Positions 1 through 9,562 are shown, numbered from the stretch's first letter. The stretch: DNA of 32,000 nucleotides from Acaryochloris marina S15 (GCF_018336915.1 NZ_CP064921.1:1-32000), one strand, 5' to 3'. Notes: generated by a model from the letters alone, not told the origin. Program-made: numbers and translations.

Positions 1-1
1 T

Positions 2-1399
2 GAAATAGCCAATCAAGCCAAAAGCCGATTTATCGCCAATATGAGCCATGAATTTCGTACCCCTCTCCACGGCATCATGGGCTTCAGTCAACTGCTGTTA
101 AAAGATGATCAAATTACCTTAGATCAGCAATCTAGCCTTAATACCATTCATCGCAGTAGTGAACATTTACTCTCTCTAGTCAACGAAGTCATTACCCTCT
201 CCAAGGTTGAAGCAGGAATGCTCACCTACGAGTCCAAGGATGTGAACCTTCACGACCTTTGTGAGGGAGTGCAAGACTTATTTTCCCTACAAGCTGTTTC
301 CAAGAACATCCAGTTTCAAATTTACCTTGCCCCTGATATTCCTCAATATGTGAGAACTGACGCTCAAAAACTCAGGCAAATTCTCATCAACTTACTAGGA
401 AATGCCCTCAAGTTTACGAAGCAAGGAAGTGTTGATTGCCAAGTGCAATGGCGATCCGCTAGCTCTGAAGCTTCGTCCCACCAATTAAGGTTTACTATCC
501 AAGATACGGGACCAGGAATTCCTGAGCATTTGCTGCCTCAACTGTTTAACTCCTTTACCCAAGATCCATTGACTCGCGATAGCTTTGGAGGCATTGGATT
601 AGGACTAACCCTTTGCCAAAGATTTATCCATCTACTGAAAGGAGACATTTCAATAGATAGTGTTGAAGGCAAAGGTACGACCGTCAGCTTTCATATTCCA
701 GTTGAATTGGGTGAGCCTGTTCTAGAACTCTCTGTGTCCCAAAAGACCGCCGTAGGGCTGGCAGAAAATCAAATCCCCTATCGAATTCTGGTCGTAGAAG
801 ATTATTCTGATAACCGCGAGATTTTAGTCATGATGCTGGAAACGGTAGGGTTTGAAGTCAAAGAAGCAGAGAATGGCCAAGAGGCAGTGGACTTCAATCA
901 AACTTGGCATCCTCATTTGATCTGGATGGATTTACAATTGCCTCTGCTCAATGGTCTAGAGGCGACGCGACTGATCAAAGCCCAGACCCAAAACCCACCC
1001 GTGATCATTGCCATCACAGCCCAAGCTCTTGAAGCTGATGAAGTGAAAGCGCTCAAAGCAGGGTGTGACGACTATCTACGCAAACCTTACAAAGCTACTC
1101 AAGTTTTTGACAAAATGGCTCAGCATTTGGATATTACTTATCGTTATGACACTCCCAGCCCTACTAGACCTGCAACAAATCCTATTCCCCTAACAATAAA
1201 GCAGTTAGACTCTATGCCACGCTCTTGGGTACAGCTACTGCACGAGGCTGCGATTAAGTTAGATGAAGATATGCTTGATCAGTTGATGAAAGACATTCCT
1301 CATGACCAACCTTCCCTAAAATCTTCATTGGAATATCTCATGACCACCTATCAATATGACGTGATCATGGAGGCGACCCAAGCGATTTTGAGAGAATGA
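2..1399 (+). CDS. hybrid sensor histidine kinase / response regulator (5' end outside window)
   Basis: The frame is open to the window edge. Codons from nt 2 read [25 protein letters not shown], the HisKA H-box. HATPase_c boxes follow ([21 protein letters not shown]), then a receiver domain ([24 protein letters not shown]). The ATG at 41 in the ORF track is internal. Confidence 0.9.
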   Translation, partial: EIANQAKSRFIANMSHEFRTPLHGIMGFSQLLLKDDQITLDQQSSLNTIHRSSEHLLSLVNEVITLSKVEAGMLTYESKDVNLHDLCEGVQDLFSLQAVSKNIQFQIYLAPDIPQYVRTDAQKLRQILINLLGNALKFTKQGSVDCQVQWRSASSEASSHQLRFTIQDTGPGIPEHLLPQLFNSFTQDPLTRDSFGGIGLGLTLCQRFIHLLKGDISIDSVEGKGTTVSFHIPVELGEPVLELSVSQKTAVGLAENQIPYRILVVEDYSDNREILVMMLETVGFEVKEAENGQEAVDFNQTWHPHLIWMDLQLPLLNGLEATRLIKAQTQNPPVIIAITAQALEADEVKALKAGCDDYLRKPYKATQVFDKMAQHLDITYRYDTPSPTRPATNPIPLTIKQLDSMPRSWVQLLHEAAIKLDEDMLDQLMKDIPHDQPSLKSSLEYLMTTYQYDVIMEATQAILRE

Positions 1400-1743
1400 A
1401 TAATGCTTCAACCTACTGGTAGAGATTTAGTTCATTTGTGCCGTTATCCTGACTCTAGCCGCTCGTTCTTTTTGGAGATATTCACCCTATGCCATCATTG
1501 AGTAACGCCCTCTTTTTAGCTCAGGTTGAGCATGATCCGATGCACCGCCTGAATTTCTCACAAGCTCTTACTAAATTCATCTACAATCCAGTCTCAGCAG
1601 GACTTACAGAGAACTTAGTAAAATAACACTCTGCATTTTGATTAAGCCTCGGTATTCTTGGCATCTAATGGTTTGGCTTAGTAAATGTAGAAAAATCTAG
1701 CATCCGCATTAGAGGCGTCCACCAGCCCGCTCTAGCCAAATTG

Positions 1744-2208
1744 TTAAAGCGTGCGCTCACAGAGGTCAATGCGAAATTCAACTCCGTGTTGAGTGAACCC
1801 TAATCGTTGATATAGATCATGAACATGTGGCCTGGAAATACGACTCGTTGCAATGAGTTTGTAGCAATTTGCCTCTTTAGCTAATTCAATCACTTGTTTA
1901 ACGAGCTCTGAACCTATTCCATTACCTCGACAGGACTCATCCACGTACACATCTTCCATTAAGCCAAACGGTTGATCGTGTAAATCGTTGCACATCAGAT
2001 AAATGTAAGCTCTTCCAACCTCAACTCCATTGTCTGTAACAGAGATGCGGATGCCCTTAGCTTCAATGTTTCTTCTTTCAAAATCCAAGTCCTTATCCCT
2101 TCCATTTATTTGATCGCCAATTTTAGATAAAATTTGCAGGCTACAACTTAAAACCTGAATATTGTACAAGTCTTGAGTAAAAGGGGCCAAAAAACAGCGA
2201 GAATGCAA
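1744..2208 (-). CDS. GNAT family N-acetyltransferase, probably 5'-clipped
   Basis: It has the acetyl-CoA motif A (VDESCRGNGIGSELVKQVIELAK) and a GNAT-like C-terminus (YKLIATS...LYQRLGF). The ORF-track start at 2208 is TTG and there is no in-frame ATG until mid-protein. The IS1380-type transposase starts only 30 nt away. Confidence 0.7.
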   Translation of the reverse strand: MHSRCFLAPFTQDLYNIQVLSCSLQILSKIGDQINGRDKDLDFERRNIEAKGIRISVTDNGVEVGRAYIYLMCNDLHDQPFGLMEDVYVDESCRGNGIGSELVKQVIELAKEANCYKLIATSRISRPHVHDLYQRLGFTQHGVEFRIDLCERTL

Positions 2209-2238
2209 TTACCACAAAGCTTCTAGCGGTTTTATTGT

Positions 2239-3666
2239 ATGACCCCAACTACAACAGAGTGTACTTCAAAGACCTACGACTTTGGCAAGCTCGGCTCTCG
2301 CCCCATCCTGGCAGATTTCAACGGTGGCACCCTCACCAGTGATGCAGGTCTACTACTGATCAAGCAGGTAGACGAGCAGTTTCACATTACCCAGCACTTT
2401 ACGGAATGCTTCATCGACCAACGCAACCCAAACCGCATTCAACACCATCTATGTGACCTTGTAGCCCAACGAGTGTATGGCATCATCCAAGGCTATGAAG
2501 ACCTCAATGACCATGATGTGTTACGCCACGAGCCGATGTTCAACATTGCGGTGGGACAACTCGAAAAGAGTCATCCTCGCTGTGCACCTCTTGCTGGGAA
2601 AAGTACTCTCAATCGTTTGGAGCAAGCCCCTCATGGTGATGCTGAGTCCCTCAACCGACGCTACGTACGGTTTGCCCTCAACCCTGATGCCATGAAGACG
2701 TTTTTCGTGGAGCGCTTTGTTCAGCTCACACCCACAAAGCCAGAGCATATCGTGATTGATATAGATGTCACTGACGACATGGCCCATGGTCAGCAGGAAC
2801 AGGTCTTTTTCAATCCCTACTATCACCATGAGTGCTTTGCTCCGCTGTTGATCTTTTGTGGGACACATTTACTGGCAGCCCAGTTACGTCCTTCCAATGT
2901 GGACCCTGCAGCAGGAGCGTTGGAGCAATTGCAATGCATCATCCCTTGTCTACGGTGTCATTGGCCTGAGGTCGAAATTACGGTCCGCGCTGATAGTGCC
3001 TATGCACGCAATGACATTATGGACTGGTGCGAAGGGGAAAACGTGGATTATGTGATCGCCATGGCGGCGAATGACCGTTTAGTTCGCATGAGTAAAGATA
3101 TCGAAGCTAAAGCCAAGGCTGAGTTTGAGCGGTGTCAGACGGTAGAGCCACCGCTGGAAGGGACTCCATGGTATCGCTCTCTCAACTATCAGACCCTTCA
3201 CTCCTGGAGTAAAAGACGACGGGTGGTTGCTAAGGTCACCTATGACGAAAAAGGCGTGCATCATCGGTTTGTGGTCACCTCTTTTCCGGCATCAGAGGTG
3301 ATTCCCAGTAAGCTCTACGAAGATGAGTACTGCCCAAGGGCAAATATGGAAAATCGGATCAAAGAACACCAGCTTGAATTGTTCAGTGACCGCACTTCGG
3401 CCCATTGGTTTGAGAGCAATCAACTGCGCCTCTGGTGGTCATCTGTGGGATATGTTTTGCTCAATGCCCTGCGCGAACATGGGCTCGCCGATACGCCGCT
3501 CAAAGCAGCACAGCTAGGAACCATTCGCCTGAAGCTGCTCAAAGTAGCCGCTCAAATCCGCTTCAGTGTCCGCCGTATTTATGTCGGCATCAACTCACAC
3601 TGTCCTTGGCAGCAGTGGTTTGAGCACGCCATTCTCAGATTAAAACGATGGCCTGCTCCCACCTAG
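2239..3666 (+). CDS. IS1380-family (DDE group 1) transposase
   Basis: 475 aa. The N-terminus reads FNGGTLTSDAGLLLIKQVD, and the C-terminal signature reads YCPRANMENRIKEHQLELFSDRTSAHWFESNQLRLWWSSVGYVL, which is typical of IS1380/IS4-like DDE enzymes. I could not define the element ends confidently. Confidence 0.75.
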   Translation: MTPTTTECTSKTYDFGKLGSRPILADFNGGTLTSDAGLLLIKQVDEQFHITQHFTECFIDQRNPNRIQHHLCDLVAQRVYGIIQGYEDLNDHDVLRHEPMFNIAVGQLEKSHPRCAPLAGKSTLNRLEQAPHGDAESLNRRYVRFALNPDAMKTFFVERFVQLTPTKPEHIVIDIDVTDDMAHGQQEQVFFNPYYHHECFAPLLIFCGTHLLAAQLRPSNVDPAAGALEQLQCIIPCLRCHWPEVEITVRADSAYARNDIMDWCEGENVDYVIAMAANDRLVRMSKDIEAKAKAEFERCQTVEPPLEGTPWYRSLNYQTLHSWSKRRRVVAKVTYDEKGVHHRFVVTSFPASEVIPSKLYEDEYCPRANMENRIKEHQLELFSDRTSAHWFESNQLRLWWSSVGYVLLNALREHGLADTPLKAAQLGTIRLKLLKVAAQIRFSVRRIYVGINSHCPWQQWFEHAILRLKRWPAPT

Positions 3667-3923
3667 ACGGAAGTGATAGGCAAACCCAGGTAAATAGTGA
3701 ATTGCAAGGGAATGATAACCCTAGCTTTGCGATGTCCATTTTTGCTAAAAATCGAAGTCTTCTAGTGAATTCCTCCATCACTGGAGCAAGTAAACCTGTG
3801 ACCGTACCTTTCAATGACAATATTGGAATGGATCAACGGATGGTTGTAGCCAATTCGGCCTTCTGATTACTGCTTGTGAGAAATGCAGGACCGGGGGATG
3901 AGACGATATGGGCTGCGAGATAC

Positions 3924-5138
3924 TTAGTGCGATCTCAAATCCGGTAGCTTAGGTCTCGATACCGCATCCGTCGAGAGATCTGGCATCTTGCGCCGATGCC
4001 GCCACATAATCCAGCCCGTCATGATCAAAATGCTGGGGGATAGGCCCATACATACATACAGAATACGGGTCGGTAGCCCCCCGAAGAATCCGTAATGGAT
4101 GGCGGGAAACGTATTGATGATGAAATCGCCTCGAGATCTCCCTGTATACAGCCCCCAAGTGCGAATGAGATCACCACTATATTTATCAAATTCCAGCACA
4201 CCACAATCATAGGTGTCATAACACTGCACCCAATCGATAATTCCAGTCGGCTCACTACCGATATAGGCATTCGAGAAACGACTGCCCGGTAAAGTGGCTT
4301 CAGCCATTTTCACCATCTTGGGTAAATGTTGGCCCAATAACCCGACCGTTATAACGTTAGGAATTGGACGAGAATAAACCGGTACATCAACCCCTTGATC
4401 CGTTGGTCCAGGTTGGCTAAAGGTCAGGGCATAGATAGCTGGCATGGTCCAAGAGCTGTAGTTCCAGCAAAACCCCGTAAAAGTTGCCATGGCCAAAAAG
4501 AGACTGGCAAGAATGCCCACTACTTTATGAACATCAAAGTTGCGCCGTTTAATATGCCCTTGCCACTTGATTTTGAAACCGGCGATCAGCTTGCGCCAGC
4601 CGGGCCATAGGATCGTGCCAGATAGGCAGAGGAGTGTCGTGAGCAGCCCCACAGCCCCCACAAAATAGAGTCCCCACTGCCCCGCAAAGAGACCTTCATG
4701 AAATGCCAGAAGTGACGCCCAAAAAGCGTCAATGTCATCCGTATTCGTTTCATTACCAATCACTTCCGCCGTATAAGGGTTGAGATAGAGGAGATGGAAC
4801 TGATCCGCCATGTCAGAATAGCCAAAATAAATGGGTTCATCTGCCTGGAAAAACCGATGTTCACTCTCAGCCAATTCGGTTATTTCATGGAATTGAGGGA
4901 CATTGGCTTGCGCATACGCTTCGGCCCGTTGATACAGTACCGGTAAGGGCAACCGTTCATCTTCTGGCTGAATTACAGGAAGTTGGCTTTTGATCTGAGT
5001 GTTAGAGAGTTCAGGAGAGAAGACCAATAGGCTCCCCGTTAACCCCACGACTGCAATAACCAGCCCAATCCCTAGACCAACGATCCGGTGAAAGGTGAAA
5101 ACCCAGGTTCTGATTTTTTTGGAACTGATTAATACCAT
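3924..5138 (-). CDS. PepSY-associated TM helix domain protein (siderophore-locus partner)
   Basis: 404 aa with an ATG start. The N-terminus KKIRTWVFTFHRIVGLGIGLVIAVVGLTGSLLVF is the characteristic PepSY_TM opening. There are several further TM helices, and it lies directly downstream of the TonB-dependent receptor remnant. Confidence 0.75.
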   Translation of the reverse strand: MVLISSKKIRTWVFTFHRIVGLGIGLVIAVVGLTGSLLVFSPELSNTQIKSQLPVIQPEDERLPLPVLYQRAEAYAQANVPQFHEITELAESEHRFFQADEPIYFGYSDMADQFHLLYLNPYTAEVIGNETNTDDIDAFWASLLAFHEGLFAGQWGLYFVGAVGLLTTLLCLSGTILWPGWRKLIAGFKIKWQGHIKRRNFDVHKVVGILASLFLAMATFTGFCWNYSSWTMPAIYALTFSQPGPTDQGVDVPVYSRPIPNVITVGLLGQHLPKMVKMAEATLPGSRFSNAYIGSEPTGIIDWVQCYDTYDCGVLEFDKYSGDLIRTWGLYTGRSRGDFIINTFPAIHYGFFGGLPTRILYVCMGLSPSILIMTGWIMWRHRRKMPDLSTDAVSRPKLPDLRSH

Positions 5139-5151
5139 TGATCTTTACTGC

Positions 5152-5978
5152 TTAAAACTGAACGGATACAGTACCCTGGACAGTAAATGGTGCCCCCACC
5201 AAGGTCAACCCCGCCACATTACCTTCGAAGTAACGCGTATTGAATAAGTTCTTGAAGTTCAACTGGACATTCCAATGTTTGCGGCGATAGAACAAGCTCG
5301 CATCAACCCGCAGATAGTCTGGCAATACAAAATCGTTCGGGATTGCGGCTTCGCGGTTGCCCACATAAAATAATCCCAGCCCACCCCCTAAGCCTTGAAA
5401 ACGACCTGACTGGTGTTCATAGGTGGTCCACAGACTGGCCCCCACTCCGGGAGCATTCTCCAACAGGTTCCCTTCAGGATTAAACTCATCTCCTCTGGTG
5501 ATGACAGAGTCATTGACGAAGGTCGAGGCAATAATATTCCAGCCCGGCAGCACCTCGCCCCCAATATCAAACTCCAGGCCACGACTTCTAACTTCACCAA
5601 TCGGAATGGAAAAATCGTCATCCAGCGGATCAACCCTAAGGACATTGGATTTGGTGATTTGGTAGGCCACCAGAGTAGCTGCTAGCTTGCCCCATTCAGC
5701 TTTGATGCCGACTTCAAACTGAGTACCGCGTTCCGGTTCAATCACTTCACCCTCCCGAGTTCGGGCATTATTGGGCGAAAAGGAACGATTGAAATTCGCA
5801 TACAGGGAAACGGGCTGAATGGGTTGATAGACAATGCCAATCCGAGGAGAGAAGGCTTGGTCATTAAAGTTGGCGGGAAAGTCCGCCCGCTCTCCTTCAA
5901 ACACTTCAAATCCTTCTTCGTCATAATTCAAAAAGTCATATCGTCCACCCACCAGGAGCTTGAGGGTAGGGGTTAATG
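5152..5978 (-). pseudogene. TonB-dependent (siderophore) receptor, C-terminal fragment only
   Basis: It shows beta-barrel C-terminal hallmarks (LRVDASLFYRRKHWNVQLNFKNLFNTRYFEG, terminal ...TVSVQF). The reading frame (…LTPTLKLLVGGRYDF…) runs without a start straight into the IS256 end at 5979. The plug and most of the barrel are missing. Confidence 0.85.
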
Positions 5979-7353
5979 GTTAGTGTCCCTATTTATTCGC
6001 CACGGTTTTTGAGGCGATCATGCTTGGCATGATCCCTACGAGAGACGAGAAAGAAAATCGCTAAACAGCTCTCCTCATTTGGGAAAGCACCAATTTCGTC
6101 AGCCTTGGTTCGGAATTTCCGGAACAGCCTTTCTAGCGCATTGGAAGTACGAATCAGCGAATGAAGGGATTCATCAAAATCATAGAAACTCAAGGTCAGG
6201 GCAAAATCTTTGATGAAGGTTCTAACAGCATCGGGTTCAAGGTCTGTCCATTTCTGTGCAAACACGAGCAACGTCACAATCGCTTCTTCCCAGTCTGGCG
6301 CTTTATAGATAGCATAGGCATCGTGTTTAATTTGTGAATATCGCAGCTTCTTTGCTTCAGAGTGGGAGAGTTCTTGTCCTTGAGCATCCAGGTGTGGCAA
6401 TTGCTCATAGCCCAAATGCCGGAGCATCGCTCGAACCTTGTGGGTAATGCATCGTTGATGTTGTGCGAGGGGAAACAGAGCGCGAATTACCTTAGGTAGT
6501 CCAGTGGTGCCATCACTGACAATCAGCTTCACCAAATGGGTTTGCAATCCTCGGTGCCGCAGGTGCTCAAAGAACAGTAGCCAGGCTGCCTCAGATTCTT
6601 GGACAGCCATTTCGTAATGAAGAACGGTTTGTGTCCCATCTGGCCATATCGCCATGGCCACTAAGATGACTCGGTCTTCCGCACGACGTAGCTTCCGGAT
6701 ATGTCCAGCTTGGTCTTCCCAAAAGTCTTCGGAGGCGCATTGAACACTCGCCCACACTCCATCAACAATCAGAATAAAAGGGGTTTTCTCAAGACGAGTT
6801 TGACGACTTTGGAGCATTTGCTTCTGAGCTTTGAGAGTAATCCGGTTAATGGCATTCACGGATAAAACTGCTCCCAGGATCTCATAGAGAGCTTCTTGCA
6901 AGTCTCGAAGCGATAAACCCATGACATACAAGCCCAGGCAAAACTCTAGAAGGCTACCGAGGGCTCGTTGGTAACGCTCTAGAATCTTCCACTCTCGGTC
7001 TGCATTCCCTTTCCGTAGTTTCGGGACAGATAGTTGAGCAATCCTGCCGTACTGGGTATCAAGAACCCGCTGATAATAGCCTGAACGTCGAGGGCGAGTC
7101 CCTTGAAGCTCTGATAGATAAGCTTGGACTTCTTCGTCTAGTGCTGACTCTACTGCTATCTGGGTAACTCGGTTAGCCTCAAGGCGCAGGGTTGCTTCTA
7201 AAGCTTTGTTAATAGAGGCATATGAACTTTGAGACTGGATACGGATAATCTGCTGCTCACGTTGGGAAATGTTCATCAAGGAGTGCTCCGAATTCTCTAT
7301 TATCAGAGCATTTCAGCTATTCCAGCTCATGGCGAATAAATCAAGACACTAAC
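5979..7353 (-). mobile_element. IS256-family insertion sequence (1375 bp)
   Basis: The terminal inverted repeats are GTTAGTGTCCCTATTTATTCGCCA (5979-6002) and TGGCGAATAAATCAAGACACTAAC (7330-7353), matching at 21/24 positions. They enclose a mutator-type transposase. The flanks GGGTTAATG and GAATATTTA differ, so there is no target duplication. Confidence 0.85.
5993..7276 (-). CDS. IS256-family (mutator-type) transposase
   Basis: Motifs: ILIVDGVWASV, LIVSDGTTGL, QRCITHKVRAMLRH and SNALERLFRKFRTKADEIGAFPNEESCL. The first ATG is at 7276; the track start at 7279 is TTG. Confidence 0.9.
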   Translation of the reverse strand: MNISQREQQIIRIQSQSSYASINKALEATLRLEANRVTQIAVESALDEEVQAYLSELQGTRPRRSGYYQRVLDTQYGRIAQLSVPKLRKGNADREWKILERYQRALGSLLEFCLGLYVMGLSLRDLQEALYEILGAVLSVNAINRITLKAQKQMLQSRQTRLEKTPFILIVDGVWASVQCASEDFWEDQAGHIRKLRRAEDRVILVAMAIWPDGTQTVLHYEMAVQESEAAWLLFFEHLRHRGLQTHLVKLIVSDGTTGLPKVIRALFPLAQHQRCITHKVRAMLRHLGYEQLPHLDAQGQELSHSEAKKLRYSQIKHDAYAIYKAPDWEEAIVTLLVFAQKWTDLEPDAVRTFIKDFALTLSFYDFDESLHSLIRTSNALERLFRKFRTKADEIGAFPNEESCLAIFFLVSRRDHAKHDRLKNRGE

Positions 7354-7573
7354 GAATATTTAGACCTCAAGGTTATCGGGATTGACGAGATTTCTCTGAA
7401 AAGAGGCCATCGTGATTTTGTAGTTTTGATCACGATTCCTACCACAGGCGGAGTAGACATATTGGCAGTTCTGGCTGACCGTAAACAACAGACCGTTGCA
7501 AATTTTCTTCAATCGATTCCCCTTCATTTACGCCAAACCATTGAGCGGGTTTGTACTGATATGTATCAAGGAT
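7354..7573 (+). pseudogene. ISL3-family transposase, internal fragment
   Basis: It translates to EYLDLKVIGIDEISLKRGHRDFVVLITIPTTGGVDILAVLADRKQQTVANFLQSIPLHLRQTIERVCTDMYQG. It is bounded on the left by the IS256 end and on the right by the IS1595 inverted repeat. Track ORF 7426..7668 is this fragment reading on into the IS1595 end. Confidence 0.75.
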
Positions 7574-7664
7574 CGCTCTTTATGGATTCCAGGGATCGGG
7601 CAACAGAAGGCCATTGCCAAAGGTATAATGCCGTGAATCCCCCTCTGAGCCTGTACTGTAGTTC

Positions 7665-8156
7665 ATGACTAATACTTCACTGATCAATCTTGAGACGTTA
7701 ATTGATGATGCCAAGTGCTTCGAAATCCTGCGCCAACTTCGATGGCCACAAGGTATCGATTGCTATGATTGTCAATCCACAGAAATCGTCAAGCGAGGCT
7801 TTGATGAAGCTCAACCATTGCGTCAACGCTATCAGTGTAAGGCTTGTCACAAACGCTTCGACGACTTGAGTAATACGATTTTTGCAGGACATCATCAGCC
7901 TCTACAGACTTGGATTGTATGCTTGTACTTCCTGGGATTGAACCTGTCCAATCACCAAATTGCTCATGAACTTGACCTCAATAAAGATGATGTTCAGGAT
8001 ATGACATCTCAATTACGTTCTGGCATTGTTGCTACAAAGCCTGTCGTCACCTTGCAAGGGGAAGTTGAGTGTGATGAAGCCTATGTTATTGCTGGCCATA
8101 AAGGACGGCCAGAAGCGGTCAAAAAAAAGAGAGGAAGGGGCGCCGTCGTCGTCTGA
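7665..8156 (+). CDS. IS1595 transposase, N-terminal part (zinc ribbon plus first catalytic D)
   Basis: It carries the CxxC...CxxC ribbon (IDCYDCQS...YQCKACHKRF) and VECDEAYV. It ends 24 nt before the second ORF, which lies in the -1 frame. Confidence 0.8.
   Translation: MTNTSLINLETLIDDAKCFEILRQLRWPQGIDCYDCQSTEIVKRGFDEAQPLRQRYQCKACHKRFDDLSNTIFAGHHQPLQTWIVCLYFLGLNLSNHQIAHELDLNKDDVQDMTSQLRSGIVATKPVVTLQGEVECDEAYVIAGHKGRPEAVKKKRGRGAVVV
8123..8129 (+). promoter_or_regulatory. candidate -1 frameshift heptamer A_AAA_AAG within an A8 run
   Basis: The A run spans 8121-8128. In the orfA frame the codons are AAA AAA AAG. Shifting by -1 here gives ...KKERKGRRRRLKTKSGRGTLKKEKPPIFGMIQRQGEV..., joining both halves into one IS1595-type transposase. 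Confidence 0.4.
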
Positions 8157-8179
8157 AGACAAAATCCGGCAGAGGAACA

Positions 8180-8608
8180 TTGAAGAAAGAGAAACCTCCG
8201 ATCTTCGGCATGATCCAGCGTCAAGGAGAAGTTATTCTGAGGATGCTTCCCAATGTAAAGCAAGCCACCATTGCTCCGATAATCCAAGACTCTATCGTTG
8301 CTGGAACGTTGATTTACACTGATGAGTACAGCATTTATTCTCGTCTAACAAAGTGGGGATATGAACATAAAACCGTCTGTCACAGTGCGGGAGAATATGC
8401 TCGTGATGAGGATGGAGACGGATTCTTTGAAGTACATGTCAATACGATGGAAGGGTTCTGGTCCTTACTTCGATCTTGGCTGAGGCCGCACAGAGGTATT
8501 TCGCAAGAGAAGTTGCCGCTATATCTGGGTTTCTTTGAGTTCGTCCATAACACTCGGAAGCGAGGGAAGGGATTGCTTTCAGCTCTTTTAGAATGCCTCC
8601 TCAAGTAG
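8180..8608 (+). CDS. IS1595 transposase, C-terminal DDE part (frame -1 relative to orfA)
   Basis: Motifs: PPIFGMIQRQGEV, LIYTDEYSIY, HVNTMEGFWSLLRSWL. The track start is TTG, and the frame is already open from the A8 run. Confidence 0.8.
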   Translation: MKKEKPPIFGMIQRQGEVILRMLPNVKQATIAPIIQDSIVAGTLIYTDEYSIYSRLTKWGYEHKTVCHSAGEYARDEDGDGFFEVHVNTMEGFWSLLRSWLRPHRGISQEKLPLYLGFFEFVHNTRKRGKGLLSALLECLLK

Positions 8609-8631
8609 ATCCCTGGAATCCATAAAGAGCG

Positions 8632-9498
8632 TTACCCCTTAATGTAAGACTTGTCTTTGAAAAGTATAACGATAGTTAAGAAAACTAATGTTCGAAATAT
8701 GTGTAAGAGAAATGTGACAGGCTCTGAAAATCTACTTGCAATAAAAATTGTAGGCGAATAAAATCCAGTTTTATTTATAAGGCCAATAACTGATGAAGAG
8801 TAAAGATAATTAGCTGAAGTACAACCAAATATAATTTCAGGGCAATTATATTTGGACAGAAGAAATAAGACAAGAAAAATCGCGAGATAGTTTGTTATAA
8901 ACAAGTATGGTGAATCTAGGGCCGACAAAGAGAATATTAAGCTAATAGAAGCAGATAAAAAGTATGGAGAAGGAATAATTAGACTGAAGGATTGCAGAAA
9001 GTACCCAATCCTGAATATACCAAAAATTCCAGATAGATAGGTAAACGGTAGTATGAAAAAGAGAGAACCTATCCAATCCCAAAATCTAATATCTGAATTT
9101 AGTTGGATGTTATCAGGAAATAAAATTACTATTACAAGAAGAGTTAAACATCTTATCAGGAAAAATATTGCGAAAACATAGAATGCTTTCTTCCAATCAG
9201 TCTTCCTTCCTGAAATAGCTAGAGATGATAGTCTTCTCTGGTGAATTTTTTCAGTAATTATATAGAGTAATCCAATAAATGATATTAGTATGCATGATAA
9301 AAATAAGTATTGTATTGTCCAAGGCTGCTGATTAAACCATTGCCTGAACTGACCTGTCTGTGCACCACTAAATGCTCCCCATAGCCCGAAAGCAATGGCA
9401 CATATAAAAAGCCAAAGGAAAAATGATAGAAATGCTAAAAAATATTGTTTCCAGCCATTCTTACCTAGATGTACTAAATCTAAATATGTAGATTTCAT
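8632..9498 (-). CDS. polytopic membrane protein (about 8 TM), orphan; possibly a degenerate CPBP/Abi-like fold
   Basis: 288 aa with an ATG start, very AT-rich and Phe/Ile/Leu/Ser-rich. By eye there are eight hydrophobic segments. LSGIFGIFRIGYFL, IFSLSAL and SANYLYS sit where the CPBP motifs EExxxR, FxxxH and HxxxN would lie, but they lack the catalytic residues. The stop codon abuts the IS1595 end at 8631. Confidence 0.6.
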   Translation of the reverse strand: MKSTYLDLVHLGKNGWKQYFLAFLSFFLWLFICAIAFGLWGAFSGAQTGQFRQWFNQQPWTIQYLFLSCILISFIGLLYIITEKIHQRRLSSLAISGRKTDWKKAFYVFAIFFLIRCLTLLVIVILFPDNIQLNSDIRFWDWIGSLFFILPFTYLSGIFGIFRIGYFLQSFSLIIPSPYFLSASISLIFSLSALDSPYLFITNYLAIFLVLFLLSKYNCPEIIFGCTSANYLYSSSVIGLINKTGFYSPTIFIASRFSEPVTFLLHIFRTLVFLTIVILFKDKSYIKG

Positions 9499-9562
9499 TG
9501 CATGTTACCTCTGATTTCTTATTGCTCAAAAATATCCTTTGTTAGTCCATGTCATACACACA

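Larger units (their letters stand above)
7574..8631 (+). mobile_element. IS1595-family insertion sequence (1058 bp)
   Basis: It has perfect 24-bp terminal inverted repeats: CGCTCTTTATGGATTCCAGGGATC (7574-7597) and GATCCCTGGAATCCATAAAGAGCG (8608-8631). The flanks TCAAGGAT and TTACCCCT differ, so there is no target duplication. Confidence 0.9.

Noticed and set aside
1489-1626. 45-aa ORF (MPSLSNALFLAQVEHDPMHRLNFSQALTKFIYNPVSAGLTENLVK) with a GGAGA upstream
   Set aside because: It is too short and has no recognisable family. It could be real but cannot be supported from sequence alone.
3635-3866. Track ORFs 3635..3820 (-) and 3648..3866 (+) between the IS1380 transposase and the PepSY gene
   Set aside because: They mutually overlap on opposite strands, have no motifs, and lie in what is probably the IS end or an intergenic region.
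2150-3920. Terminal inverted repeats and target duplication of the IS1380-type element
   Set aside because: I found only a weak candidate, TGCAATT at 2204 versus AATTGCA at 3699-3705, with poor extension. That is not enough to call the element boundaries.
7426-7668. 80-aa ORF as an independent gene
   Set aside because: Its first 49 codons are the ISL3 transposase fragment, and the remainder is read-through into the IS1595 inverted repeat and leader.
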